A stretch of 63,775 nt of DNA, the filler included, from Vannella sp. (taxonomy: Eukaryota): the NCBI GenBank assembly GCA_023345925.1. It is 6 parts of 6 records of this genome, joined end to end, with 100 filler letters (N's around TTAATTAATTAA, not from the genome) between each part and the next. Parts side by side here need not be neighbours in the genome. Positions count along the whole stretch, not along the records: positions 1 to 14,721 come from JAJQQN010000151.1; positions 14,822 to 25,406 come from JAJQQN010000269.1; positions 25,507 to 33,361 come from JAJQQN010000204.1; 3 more parts are not named here. The stretch is one strand, 5' to 3'. Of the stretch, positions 13,436 to 25,645 are shown piece after piece. The notes under the pieces are model-generated. The model did not search any database. It was not told the DNA's origin and was given only the letters and a program-made list of their open reading frames with translations. The position numbers and the translations under genes are program-made. Positions within the stretch are counted from its first letter, which is position 1. The number at the start of each line of letters is the position of its first letter.

Positions 13436-14185
13436 ATGTCAGGAGCAGTCTTGCAAGCGGAGCTCTCTCGACACGAAGATCGGATGGGACAGTTACAGTC
13501 TGAGGTGATCCAATCCAACGCTATCATGGAGAGAGTCCAACAGAAGACGAGGATGAAGCAACAGGAGCTGGCGATGATCTCTCAGCAACTAGCGGCTGCT
13601 CAGGACTCTCTGGTATGGTCAAGAGCCTTCTCTATTCCTTTCTGATAGGGTGAGGAAGGCCAAAGCGGAGAAGCTTGCTCGAACAAGCAACGTTTTCTTC
13701 ACCCAAGCCTTACAGAACGACGGACAAGTCTCCTCGCAGCTTCTGGCCAAGTTTCACCTTCTTGACGTCGCACACAATCAGGTTAGGGTCATCTACTCCC
13801 TTGCGGAGCGATTCTGAGAGGGGAGAAGGTCTTGGCGAGCATGAAGGGATGGGAAGCTGCCCCTTCTGGACCTCCCGCGGCTCCTCCAACGACGCTAGCT
13901 CTCCCACAGGCTCAGAGTCGACCACTTCAAGTTGGCGGGAGTCATCCACACTACAATGGTCCTCCGTCACCCCACACCGGACCTCTTTCACCTCCAAGAG
14001 GGTTCCAGCCACCCCATAGTCCCATGCAGGGTTACGGAAGCGGAGTGCAAGTGTATGGGCAAGTACCCACACCTGCCCCTCCCACTCCACAAGTCCAATT
14101 CACCCAACCCACTCCCACATCGGCTCCCTCCTCCGAACAGAAGGGAGAGGACAACTACGAGTACTTTGGACTGAGTAGCTTCTGA
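13436..14185 (+). CDS. Hypothetical coiled-coil, Pro-rich protein with introns
   Basis: Coiled-coil exon 13436-13612 joined through GT-AG introns to Pro-rich ORF ending 14185. Confidence 0.5.
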
Positions 14186-14721
14186 ACAGAGCGCATGCAA
14201 AGTATTCAGAAGGAGAGAGTTCACTGCCCACTCATTAATGGAGGTTTTGGCCAACCCTCACTCTCAACCATCTCCCCGATCCCACAATTTTTTCCTTGAA
14301 GAAAGCATTTCCCGCCTCTTGTTGCTTCTTGTTGCTGAGCGATAACCATCCCTGGTTGCAGGGCCATTTTAACAACGATTGGCTAATGAGGAGGATGAGT
14401 GAGAGTTCATTTTTTGAGAGAACAAAATGATCCAGGTGGACTTGGTTGGGGAAACAGGCAGAATCACGAAGTGGAGGAAGTGACTCAAGATTGGAAAAGT
14501 TGGTCAAGTTTGTGAGCAGCCAAGACACTGTAAGCGACGGTGGGGAACCACTCCTTCATGTGCTCAAGATCCATGAGGGCTTCATCATGGCGAAGTTGGC
14601 GAGGATGATCGTTCTTTGTGGTGTCAGACTCAAAAAGAGTCAATTGCTCCGTAAAATTTCCTGTTCTTTCTACTAGCTTCTGATGGAGAGAGCTGAAAAG
14701 TATGAATCCAACCTCAAAGCC

Positions 14722-14821
14722 NNNNNNNNNNNNNNNNNNNNNNNNNNNNNNNNNNNNNNNNNNNNTTAATTAATTAANNNNNNNNNNNNNNNNNNNNNNN
14801 NNNNNNNNNNNNNNNNNNNNN
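14722..14821. other. Artificial contig spacer (44 N + TTAATTAATTAA + 44 N); identical spacers at 25407-25506, 33362-33461, 38010-38109 and 55072-55171
   Basis: Same 100-nt linker with stops in all six frames occurs five times. Confidence 0.99.
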
Positions 14822-15303
14822 GGAGAACGCACTGTCTCTTGAAGACTCCAGGTTGGGTAATCAGGATTCAGCTTTGTATCTGGGGCTGCTAAATGTGTGC
14901 GACAACCATTTGTCCATGTCCCATCGTTTTCCGTCTTGTTGTTTTGAACCTTGTATTCAGCAGCTTTTCCCCACCAGGAAGGATCCCTTGATATTCACTG
15001 TGATACAGATACATGAAGTCAAGTTCATTCATGAGTCAAAAGAGAATGCCAGCTCATGACTTGTCTCAATCAAGATTGTCAATAACATAAGCACTGCCTC
15101 AACTCTTCCCTTTGCCTGAAGACTCTTCTTCTTCGAGCTTTCATATTCTAAGCTACTATAGAGAGTGTTTAAAAGGTTTCCTCCGCTTTCAAATGGACCA
15201 GGAAGCTAAGGTGAGGTGAGACCCCGAAACGTGAAGGCCAAAACTCTTACCGTTTGGATTCCACGAGCTACTCCTCTCTTCCAGGACTACCACTGTGGTG
15301 CAT

Positions 15304-18300
15304 TCAGTCATTTGCTTCCTCATCAGAGAATAAAGGGAACTCACCTTCCATACTGGTCCGGCTTTTGGAGTGGCGACGATAATACACTTCAATGCAGAGC
15401 ACCCCAATTGCAACATACACAACAGCAGCCGCCACAAGTCCTAAAGATATCCAGCTAATCGTGCTGTTTCGGGCTTGAGACTCACAAGGATTCCCGTTCT
15501 CCAGGTTTCCGAGCAGAAGCAAAGCAAAGTTGGTCAGATGGTCGGTTTGGCCGCAGACAAAACGGTTCTTCTTGTTTTCCGGACACGTGTCTTCGCATTT
15601 CCACTCGCCGTTGGCCTCGTCGAGGTAGCCCAGGCAAACGTTGTCCTCTTTCTTTGTTGTGTTCAGTCGAGGGAGACAGATTGTCAGTGGAGAGTCCAGG
15701 ATGGTGATCAGATTGCCTTGGGAATCGACCAAGGTGATGTTCAATATGATGCTGCCCAATGGTCCAGGATTGGGACTGCTTCCGTATTCAATGGTCAGAG
15801 TTGTGTTCAATTGGTCACTTAACCCTGCTGGGACGAACAGAATAGCTGTCACTTCGCCGCCAGAGTTGAGGAGTTCCACTCGCCCTGGAGAAGTTTGGTT
15901 GAGCAGATAAATTGAGGTTTGAAGGATTTGGGGGCTTTCTGGTGGTACCATCGTCCGAGTGGCACTGAAAGTTGCCACAACACTTGCTGTGCCAAATTGG
16001 GAAGTGGAACGCAGAGATTCCGAAGCAGAGAAAGAAACCAGAATGGCCCTCGATGCCCTTGCAGATGCGGACTTGCTGGTAGAGGGCGGTAATTCGGGAG
16101 GTGTCGATGAAAAGGAAGAAGAGGAACTTGATCTACTTGAGATAGGGAAGCTGGAGAGAGCTGAAGGCCCAATCGTATTGAATGGAATCGAAGTCTCACT
16201 GAGAGTGACACTTGGAGACGCCAAAGGCAAACTCTGGAATGTGCTTTGTGAAGAACTGGCGCTGAGGAATGGAGGACTGGGTGTCTGACTACCACTGAAG
16301 GATGAGAAAGGGGTTGGAATCTCAGTTGGAGAAAGATTCTGACTACCAAACGTCAAAGGGCTACCACTGATAGAGGCAGAACTTGTGAAGGAGCTCTCAC
16401 TGGAGGAAGGTGACGAGCTTGTGGAAGAACTCTCACTGAAAGGCAAAGAAGGTGGAGAACTCATGGAGAATCTCACATTGAAGGACAAGGAAACAGATAA
16501 ACTTGTGGATGAGCTCCCGCTTACTGACGGAGAAGTCGTTGAGGTGTCACTGAAAGGCGCGTTGGGTGACGCACTTACGGAGGAGCTCTCACTGAAGGAC
16601 AAGAAAGTGGACGAACTTATGGAGGGTGACGAGCTTGGAGAGGCGCTCCCACTTACCGATGGAGAATGCGATGGGTTTGTAGAAGGGCTCTCACCAGAGG
16701 ATAGAGAAGGTGACGAGCTTGTGGAAGAGCTCTCACTAACAGACGAGGAGGGCTGTGACCTTGTGGAGGAGCTCTTGCTGGGTGACAAAGAAGGTAATGA
16801 GCTCGTGGAAGAACTCTCACTAGAAGACAAGGAGGGCGACGAGCTTGTGGATGAACTCTCAGTGGTGAACAGAGAGGGCGACAAGCTTGCGAAAGGACTC
16901 TCAGTGGTGGACAGAGAGGGTGACGAGCTCTCAGTGATGGAAATGGAAGAGGAAGGGCTCTCACTTTGCGAGAGACTACCGCTTGGTGATGGCGTGAAGC
17001 TGACACTTAGTGAAGAGCTTTCAGAAGAACTCTCAGTGGTGGACAGAGAGGGTGACGAGCTCTCAGTGATGGTAATGGAAGAGGAAGGACTCTCACTTTG
17101 TGAGAGACTCCCGCTTGGTGATGGCGTGTAGCTGACACTTAGTGAAGAGCTGCCGCTCATCGATGGAGAGGGAGAAAGGCTTTCCGATGCTGAAAGACTC
17201 GGCGGATCATTCGAGCCCAATGGGCAGCCCCCCACTGTGTCGCTGCAAGTGGCACCCGTGTATCCTGGTGGTAAAGTGGAACAGTTGAATACCTGATTAA
17301 AGAGGTTAATCGAAGCGCCGTTGGGAGAGGGATCCGGCAAGTTCCCGCAAAGTGCGTTGTAATTCAAATTCACACTTGAAAGAGACGTCAAATGGCCCCA
17401 GAGAGGAAGGCTCCCATTGATTTGGTTGTCGTACAAGTTACTTGCCCAAAGGCAGTTAGTCCATTCATTCTGTCGAAGCGTTTGGACTGAACTTACATGG
17501 TCCTTATCGAGGTTAGATTGAACCAATTCGGAAGGGTGCCTGTAATCTGGTTGTCTGGTAGAGAGCTGCCCGCTTATCAGTATTGTTCTTCCGGGAGTGG
17601 CATGATTCGTACAGCAACTCCAGTGCAGAGAGATAAGACCATTCAGGGAGGGTCCCATTGATCTGGTTGCTATCAAAATACCTTTTCCTAGTTAATCCTT
17701 CCTGTTTGGTTCTATGACAGACTCACAAAAACCTCAGAGCAGTCAGATTCTGCCACGGAGGAAGGCTTGCCTTGATCTTGTTTGATCGAATAACCCTGTC
17801 CCTAATCAGAACACCCTCTGAAGGCATCACAACTTGACCTACACAATGAAGAGGTTGGTTAGCGAGTTCCATTGTGGGAGCGGCCCTGTAATGTTATTGG
17901 ATGACATGGTCCTGCCCCTTTCACTTAGAAATGTCCACTCAGAGGGAAGAAAGAGGCACTCACAGCTGTCTCAATGGAGTCATGTGAGACCATTCAGGTA
18001 TGGCTCCTTCGATCCCATTCCTGTCCAGAGCCCTGATTCATCCTCATTAATTCAATTCAATTCAATGAACTCTCATCTCCTTACAGTGTGGTAAGCAAGG
18101 TGAGGGTGGGCCACTGGGGGAGAGATCCTGTGATTTGGTTGACAGATAGATCCCTAAGGAAGTGGAAGGCCAGCCAGAATGAGGACCGGATTGGATGTTG
18201 GTCATTAGTGAATGACTGCCTTACATGAAAAGTAGTGCAGTTAGGTTAGACCATTCTGGTAGGCTGCCGCTGATAGCATTATCGGTGAGCGATCTGCCAA

Positions 18301-19747
18301 TCCAATTCCCACTGCATTAGAACGATGAACCATGTTTGAAGGCAATTCTCACGCACAAAGATGAAAGTTCTCCTTGCGCATTCCATTGGGGAAGAGTTCC
18401 GTTGAGCTGATTCTTCCCAATAAATCTGCCATCCAAGTTACATAAGAAGTGGCCGGAGATGCTCCCTTACATGGACTGAAGCTTTGTCAGAGTCTGCCAT
18501 TCCGGAATAGTTCCCTGAATCAGGTTGGTACTAAGTTGACTGCCCAATGTTGTCAACGCGCACGCACTAAACAGGATGTCAAGGCAAACTCACATGTTTT
18601 TCAGTATCGTAAGATTCGTCCAGTTTGGAAGAGTTCCAGTGATATTGTTGGCCTGCAGATTCCTGATGAGGAAAGAGAGTTAGGTCCAGCCATATGTGAT
18701 GCAACTCCAGCCCTTTAAGGTGTGAGTACTGACATTGTGGTTAAGAGAGTCAGATGTGGCCACTGCGGCAGAGTGCCGTTGATCTGGTTATCGCTCAAAG
18801 ATCTAATTCGTGTCAAAGTAGCCTCTAAGCCAGTAGCAAGCTTCTACTCACAAAGTGGAGAGACCTTGGAGACCATTCCAATCAGGAAGAGGGCCAGTGA
18901 TCACGTTATCACTCAAAACTCTGTTGCAAATGAGCGTTCCTCCAAAGCTATGTCTTAAGACGTACAGGAAGGAGAGATTGGTCATATTCGCCCACTCTGG
19001 GAGGGTGCCAGTGATCTTGTTGGTCATTAAATCCCTGTTTGTCCGGGTTTAACGCTTCTTCTTAGCATCAGGAGTATCACTCACATGTAGGACATCGCTG
19101 TAAGATGGTTCCATTCAGGAAGGGTCCCATTGATCGAGTTGTGATCCAAAAGGCTGTTCCATTCCAAAGGTTCCTATCAGATCACTTGTGCACCCTCCTG
19201 TCACCCAAACTCACATTTGAGTCAAGTCTTTGAGGTTGTACCAGTTTGGTAAGCTTCCAGTGAACGCGTTGTTGCGTAAGAACCTGCCAGAAGGTGATGA
19301 ATGAGGATCGGCCGTACTCTTTCGCCTCGAGAGAGTCGACTTACATCATCTTGATAGAGGTCAGATTGCCCCATTCTGGGAGTGTGCCAGAGATCTGGTT
19401 GAATCGAAGGTCCCTGAGGAAAGGGGCGAAGAGGGTCAGTAGAGAGGGGGGCGTCGATCTTGTCTCACTCACAGTACAGTCAGCTGGGGTAGTTGCAGGT
19501 CAGAAAGAGTCCCTGTCAAGTTGTTGTTTGGTAGAGAGAGTGATCCAACGGAGAAATCGCTGTTGAAGCCAATGCAGGTCACACCAGCCCACGTACAAGG
19601 GTCCGCAGACAGGTTCCAGTTGCTGGGGAACCAGGAGCTTCCCCCCGTGGAGTTGTAAAACTCCTCCAGAGACTCCCTCTCACTCATCAGCAGACAGTTG
19701 CCCCACATCACCAGCGAGAGAACGAACACGAGACACCCAAAAGACAT
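15304..19747 (-). CDS. Surface receptor: signal peptide, LRRNT, ~18 LRRs, Ser-rich stalk, GPS/GAIN motif, single TM; ~1171 aa, 18 exons
   Basis: Exon 1 19747-19473 (FYNSTGG..W..DPCTWAGVTC); 16 exons of 69 nt; last exon 17440-15304 with CLGYLDE..WKCED..TDHLTNFALLL then a TM helix; exon total 3516 nt is in frame. Confidence 0.9.
16897..17150. repeat. Tandem duplication with 132-nt period (44 aa) plus shorter degenerate Ser-rich repeats in the stalk
   Basis: ACTCTCAGTGGTGGACAGAGAGGGTGACGAGC... begins at both 16897 and 17029. Confidence 0.85.
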
Positions 19748-20141
19748 CCCCAAGACCAAATGAGTTCCTCCAATCCCCTTTCGCCTTCTGTGACCCCGTA
19801 TGTTTCAATGGATTGAGATTTACCTCTTGGGAAGAAGATGGGGAGAAGGACGCTCCTTTCTTTCCCAGTCTCACTGCCCTCAGCTTCCAGGGAGCTCACT
19901 CTTCCTCTCTTGGACCTTCCCACCGTGTTGCTTGCTCCTCTATCATCCACCAGCATTGAAACTTCTTCACAACTCACTGGAATGAGGAGAAAGGCGACGA
20001 GGAGTCAATCTCTCTTCTGGAGCACTCAAAAAGTGAAAATATAAAATCGACACGAAAGCTTATCCTGAAGAGATGGAGGTCATCAGGGTTAAAGGAACCA
20101 ATCAAAAGGAAGGGGTGAGGAAGAGGTCCTCATTCCTTGCG

Positions 20142-22768
20142 ATGCCTTTGATAGGGAGGGAGGCCAAGTATAAGAAGACGGTAGAAGCTGTCTATGGGGA
20201 GGCGGGTCCGAACGCACACAGCATTCAGTCGCTTCAGCAGTACGCGCTGATGACGCCGGGCAAACTCCCAAAGATTGGAAAGTTCGTCCTTCTTCGAGCC
20301 AAGGACGGGCTGAAGGATAAGAAGAAAGGTTCACGGTTCGTTTTTGCTTCTCTTCTTGCAGTAGCCTCTCCTTACTGAGCACTAGAACGGTGACGACCTC
20401 CATGACGATCTTCAACGAGCTTATCAAGACGTGCCACGGAGATTTGGCTCTCTTTGCAAGCCCAGTGTGTGAACTGATGACACTACTTCTCTCTTCTACC
20501 ACTCCAGAGCTCAAATCCTCTGCAACTGAGACGGTAACGGACTCTTCGTGTCCTTTCTCTGCACCAACTCACCTTGACGGGGCCCAGTTCATCCGCTTTG
20601 CAGAGCATGGAGGCATCCAGTATGAACTGGAGAAGTATGTTCAGTACTTTATCGATATGAGTAGCCTTGTGGATGCAGATCCTCTTGTGGAAAGAGAGTA
20701 CGCACCTTTTCAGTATCAGCTCGTTCCTTACCCATGTGGGGTGGCCTCTACAGGATGAGAGTGTGTGGGCTACGTGGTTTACATGCTTTTATCATGACTA
20801 CGGAGGATCTGGACACCTTAATCGCCCGCTTCGTGGACAATCACCACGACAAGTCACAGACAAAGCTCCTTCCCATCTTCCTGGACAACATGCAGTACCA
20901 ACGAGGGTACGTATCACTCTAACTGATATCTAAACAACTCACTATCTTAAAGAGGAGCGGAACCAGCCAGTGAGAGCCAACGAAGCAGCTCCAAACGGAC
21001 TCAACCGAAGAAAACCGACGATAGGGAGCTCACAGGGCCATGGAAGGAGGCTTCTATATCAAAGCTCGCAACACTTTGTCTTAAGAAGATGGCTGCGCGA
21101 GTCAATCACATCACAGTACGCCCCTTGAGCGAGGCGCTCCTCGAGTACATCGATGCCAAGCAGCTTTGGACGCCAAACGAGTTCGCTGTGGAAGCCCTGC
21201 GCTCCTTATCCATCGGAGTGCTCCCTCAGATGTACACGACTATCATTCGCTTCCTTCTAGAGCATCTAGACAAGCAACCAGCCGATGCCACAGTAAAGAA
21301 GCGGAATATGGTCCAATGCATTCAAGAGATCATGCCAAAGAGCATTGTCCAGCAGATGGCCGAAGTCCTCTCTTGTCTTATCCGCCAGATAAGCAGTAAG
21401 GACGCTTCCATCGACCCGGACCTGGCCGAGACAACGATTGCCGCTCTTGCCCAGATCGCCAGCAAGCAGGCTGACCCTGTCCATCGTCTTGACACCATCC
21501 GGGAGATTCTATTAGAAATGTCAACGCCGGGACTCACCCATGAGAGCAAGATTCACCTCTGCACTGCCGTTTTAGGCGTCCTCGAAAACGTGAAGAAACT
21601 GCCAGCGGATAAGAACTTCCCGCCTTATCTGATAGAAGAGCTTTGTCTAGCAAGTCAAGATAGTGACCCAGAAGTCCGTCGATTCCTGTTGCTGGCTCTT
21701 TTGGGGTTAATGGACCGCACTGAGCTTCTTAAGCGCATGAATGGGAATATCCGGCCGGCGCCTGCCTTCCCTAACTCGCAAGAAAAGCACCTGATTCAGA
21801 TTCAGTCGTCTATTCTGGCGCAGGCTCAGATGGCGAACAATCTGCCCCTTCACATTCAACTTTTGTACGAAGTCCAAGCCAAGCTATTGGAAGAGCTTCC
21901 TGGAGTGGGATCTATCACTACCATACTTCCCAATCTCTTCTGTTTACAAGAAGCACAACGGGACAGCGACCAAACTAGCACTTCGGGAATGGCACAGAAT
22001 CTGGTGCTCGCGGTTTTAGCTAAATTAGCTCGTGAAAGAGAGCTTTTGACTCTCACAGAGTACATTCAAGAGATTTACACAGCCAGAGAACAAGAAGGCC
22101 AACTCCCTTCGAACCTCTCCATTGATGTCAAGGGAGGATTGACCGCTCGAAAAGGAGAAGACTCCAAAGTGAAACAGACCTTCTTCTTTGATAAGCAACG
22201 TCTGATCGAAATCTTCTCCGCTGATGAGGAATTGACCTCTGCATGCGAAGTTGGAAACCTCTTCGACCGGGAAGTGACAAATATTGCTGCCGTCAATGAC
22301 GCTGAACTCATCTCTGCTCGACTGGAAGAGCGTCGCAAGCGGAAAGAATCAGCTATCCGGGTGTCTTCTACTATAAGACTAGTCCCAGTACTGGATCTTA
22401 ACGAGCAGGCAGCGCCCCAGCTAGACGTTGACACTTTCCGTTCTATTTTCAGTAAGGAGGCTCCCGAAACAGCCTTTCTCTCGTTCTAACTGAACCCTCA
22501 AAGATAAGGAGATACTCCAAATGATTCCACCCGTGGAGGTGTTCAATTACCAGGAACTAGCCGAAATGACCAACACCAAAGTAAGTCTTCCACTGCTCTC
22601 CCAACCTTCATGGCCCCTGATAAGGCCTGTCTACAGAACGCTCTGTGGAGTGCCTTGGTGAAAAGCGGGTTCGAGGACCTTCAATTAGAATGCGGAGTTC
22701 CCGAGGACGGTCCTGCAACTGAATCCTTGCTGGACCGGAAGTTCCCACCGGTAGTCAGCTTCCTTTGA
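20142..22768 (+). CDS. EFR3: EFR3-like ARM-repeat protein (PI4KA complex anchor), multiple introns
   Basis: KYKKTVEAVY..YAxxxPGKLPKIG, LIKTCHGDLALFA, MRVCGLRGL. Confidence 0.8.
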
Positions 22769-22816
22769 GGTCATCTGTATCTGAAGTAAAGGACTTCTGC
22801 GCTTTGATTGTGTATT

Positions 22817-24169
22817 CTACTTGTCCTTCTTGACGATGTGTTCACGTAAAACCAGCGGAATGGAAGTGGGAGGGATCAATCCGAACTCTGTGATAATCAC
22901 AGAAAGGAACTCAGCAGGTGTGAGGTCATACTGCAAGTTCAGCAACTTTAAGTGGTCCATGGAACGCCAATCTTGGAGGAGATTGGGGTCTGCACCTCCG
23001 GGCACCAACGCATCCGGATTTCCCAATTCATTGAAGCAGATCGAGTCCAGTTGGGCTCGGTCAACGAACTTGTAAGATTCGCAACAAACCATAACGGGGA
23101 TGTTAAAGCGATGAGCCATCATGGCGACGACAGCGTTGCCGGCACGGGAAATCAGATTGCCATTGGTCAGCATCGCAAAGGCCCCCAGAATGACCTTGGT
23201 GACCTCAGCCATGATAAAAGAGATGGCGTTGAGCATGACATAAGAACACTCCAATCCTGCCTTTACCAATCGATGGAGAAGCCCGCGTCCTTCCAAACCA
23301 GGTAGGCTGTCCACGATCATGACCTTGAACTGCTTCTCTGATTTGTGTGCTTTCACAAGGGTCCTCTCTACGGAGCAAGAGGAAGCATAGACGAGAATAA
23401 CATCGCCCTGAACGATCTTTGGGTTGGCCCAGAACGCGATAAACTTAGAAACGTCGATGCGCTCAGCAATGAACCCTTGAATTGAGGTGTTGAGGAAGAT
23501 CTCAGCCTCCTTCTTGCCTTTGTCTCGAGTCTCACCGATCTTCTGCTTCAAAAAGGTGATCGAGTTCCCCATGCTCACGCTCTTTGGTCGGCAGAGTGAC
23601 AGAAAGTCGATGAATGGGCGGATGTGTGCTTCAAGCTCTCGGTGGAATGACCTACTGAGGTCTTCTTGCACGTCTGCAGCAAAGTAGCGGGCAATCACGT
23701 CCAGGAACGTGGTGAGCATCGCCCTGGCGCGAGCGTTCGATCCACTGATGATCCGATTGGCATACTTAAAGCCAAGTTCGACTACATCAGCGGGTATCTG
23801 GTGAGTGTTAAGGAAAGAAAGCACCTTCTCTGAGTTGGTAGGGTGGTACTGTGGAAGGTGGGCGAACAGTTGCACTTGGTTGGGGTCCTCGGCGTTTCCA
23901 CGCCCTTTTTTGCCTTGGCTGGTCGGATTGTTGGATGCAGGCTTCTTGGGAAGCTCGACTACTTTAGCTTTGGGAGTTGCTTTAGCAGGCGGCTTGCCTC
24001 CAGCTTTGGCTGCCTTCTCTGCTCGCTGTTGCTCCTGCTTTGCGCGCATCTCCGCCTTGCTTAGCTTTGGCTTCTTTGCGAACTCACCTTGTGATGCTTC
24101 AGCCTAGCTGATGGTCAGATGATGAACAGCGTGGTCAAGGGCGACAGGGAGCACACTCACGCCAGACAT
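22817..24169 (-). CDS. EIF2B4: eIF2B delta subunit, 1 intron
   Basis: LFAHLPQY, ISGSNARA, CRPKSVSMGN, VCCESYKF, NELGNPD, YDLTP, PPTSIP. Confidence 0.95.
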
Positions 24170-24236
24170 GTCCCAAAGAAACTGGAGAAGATGGAGGAGA
24201 GAGGGTTTAATGATTACGTTTATCTGGAATCAACAT

Positions 24237-25334
24237 TTACTCGTTGAGTTGCCAGACGCGGATGATGTTGTCATCATAGCCAGCGAACAGAGTGCGGCCA
24301 TCAGGAGACCACGCAAGGCAGTTGCAAGGAGGAGTCCTCTTGCCGTACTTGGGAGCGGCGGTGATGTTGGCCAAATCAGTCACGACAGTCTTGGTATCAA
24401 GGTCGAAAATGCGGATTCGGTCGTTGGTGGCGGCAGCCAACCAATACTTGTGGGGGGAGAACTCAAGGGCGTTCACAACGTTGCCGGCGTTCAAGCTGTA
24501 CATGTGGGAGCCTTCGTTGAGGTTCCACATCATGACTTGTCCGTCCTTGCCACCAGAAGCGCAAAGAGCACCATCAGGGGAGATAGAGCAGGTGTTGATG
24601 AATCCAGTGTGTCCGTGGAGGTCGAACTTCAGCTTGAGGTCAGCGAGGTCCCAAACCTGATGGTGTGCGTTAGAGGTGTACAGGAATGGTTCCAGAGCTG
24701 AGGTACCTTGACAACTCGGTCCCAGCCGGTGGAGACGATAAGAGGGTTGGCAACGTTAGGGGAGAACTTCACGCAGCTGATCCACTCGGTGTGGGCGTTG
24801 GGGCCGCTGATGGTGGCCTTGCACTCTCCGAGAGTGTTCCACAACTTCAGGGTGCGGTCGCGGGATCCAGAGACGATCTGTCTGTTGTCGGCAGAGAAAG
24901 CGACAGAGAGGACATCCTTCTCGTGACCAACGAAGCTCTTGGTGGAGGTTCCGCTCTTCAGGTCCCAGAGTCTCAGGGTGCGATCTACATTAATCAACAA
25001 GAGTTTCAATGAGTCCTTTGGAAGGACTAACCCCAAGAGCAGGATAGAGCGAAGGCACCATCAGTGGAGAGGACAACGTCGGAAACGTAGTGAGAGTGTC
25101 TAAAACGCTGTGAGGATCCCTCAGGAAGTTATGTACAGGCACCTACCCCTGGAGAGAGCGTTTGGGTACTCCGGCAGAGTCATCCTCGCTATGGGTGTCG
25201 TTGAGAGTCCAAGAAATGATGGTCTTATCGCGAGAAGCAGAGATCAACACATCAGGGGTATCGCGGTTGGTGGCGAGAGCAGTAATAGCACCACCATGAC
25301 CCTTCAAGGTTCCACGCAGAGAGTAGGAAGACAT
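24237..25334 (-). CDS. RACK1: RACK1 ribosomal WD40 protein, 3 introns
   Basis: [45 protein letters not shown]. Confidence 0.96.
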
Positions 25335-25645
25335 GACTCTCAAGCACCAAAAAAAAGGATCATTGCTTCGATGACATCTGTGTCTCCCGACGAAAATTTC
25401 CGGATGNNNNNNNNNNNNNNNNNNNNNNNNNNNNNNNNNNNNNNNNNNNNTTAATTAATTAANNNNNNNNNNNNNNNNNNNNNNNNNNNNNNNNNNNNNN
25501 NNNNNNGTGTCGAAATCGGTCCCAGCCAGAAGGATATTTGGCTGGACCGATTCTGGGCAGAGCAAGTTTTCTCCCGGTCAACAAGAAAAAAAAGTTTAGT
25601 TTTTAGGGTTTAGGGTTTTGAAAAAAGTTTAGTCTTTAGGTGGAC

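Noticed and set aside
14722..14821. Recurrent TTAATTAATTAA palindrome within N runs
   Set aside because: Artificial contig linker, not biological
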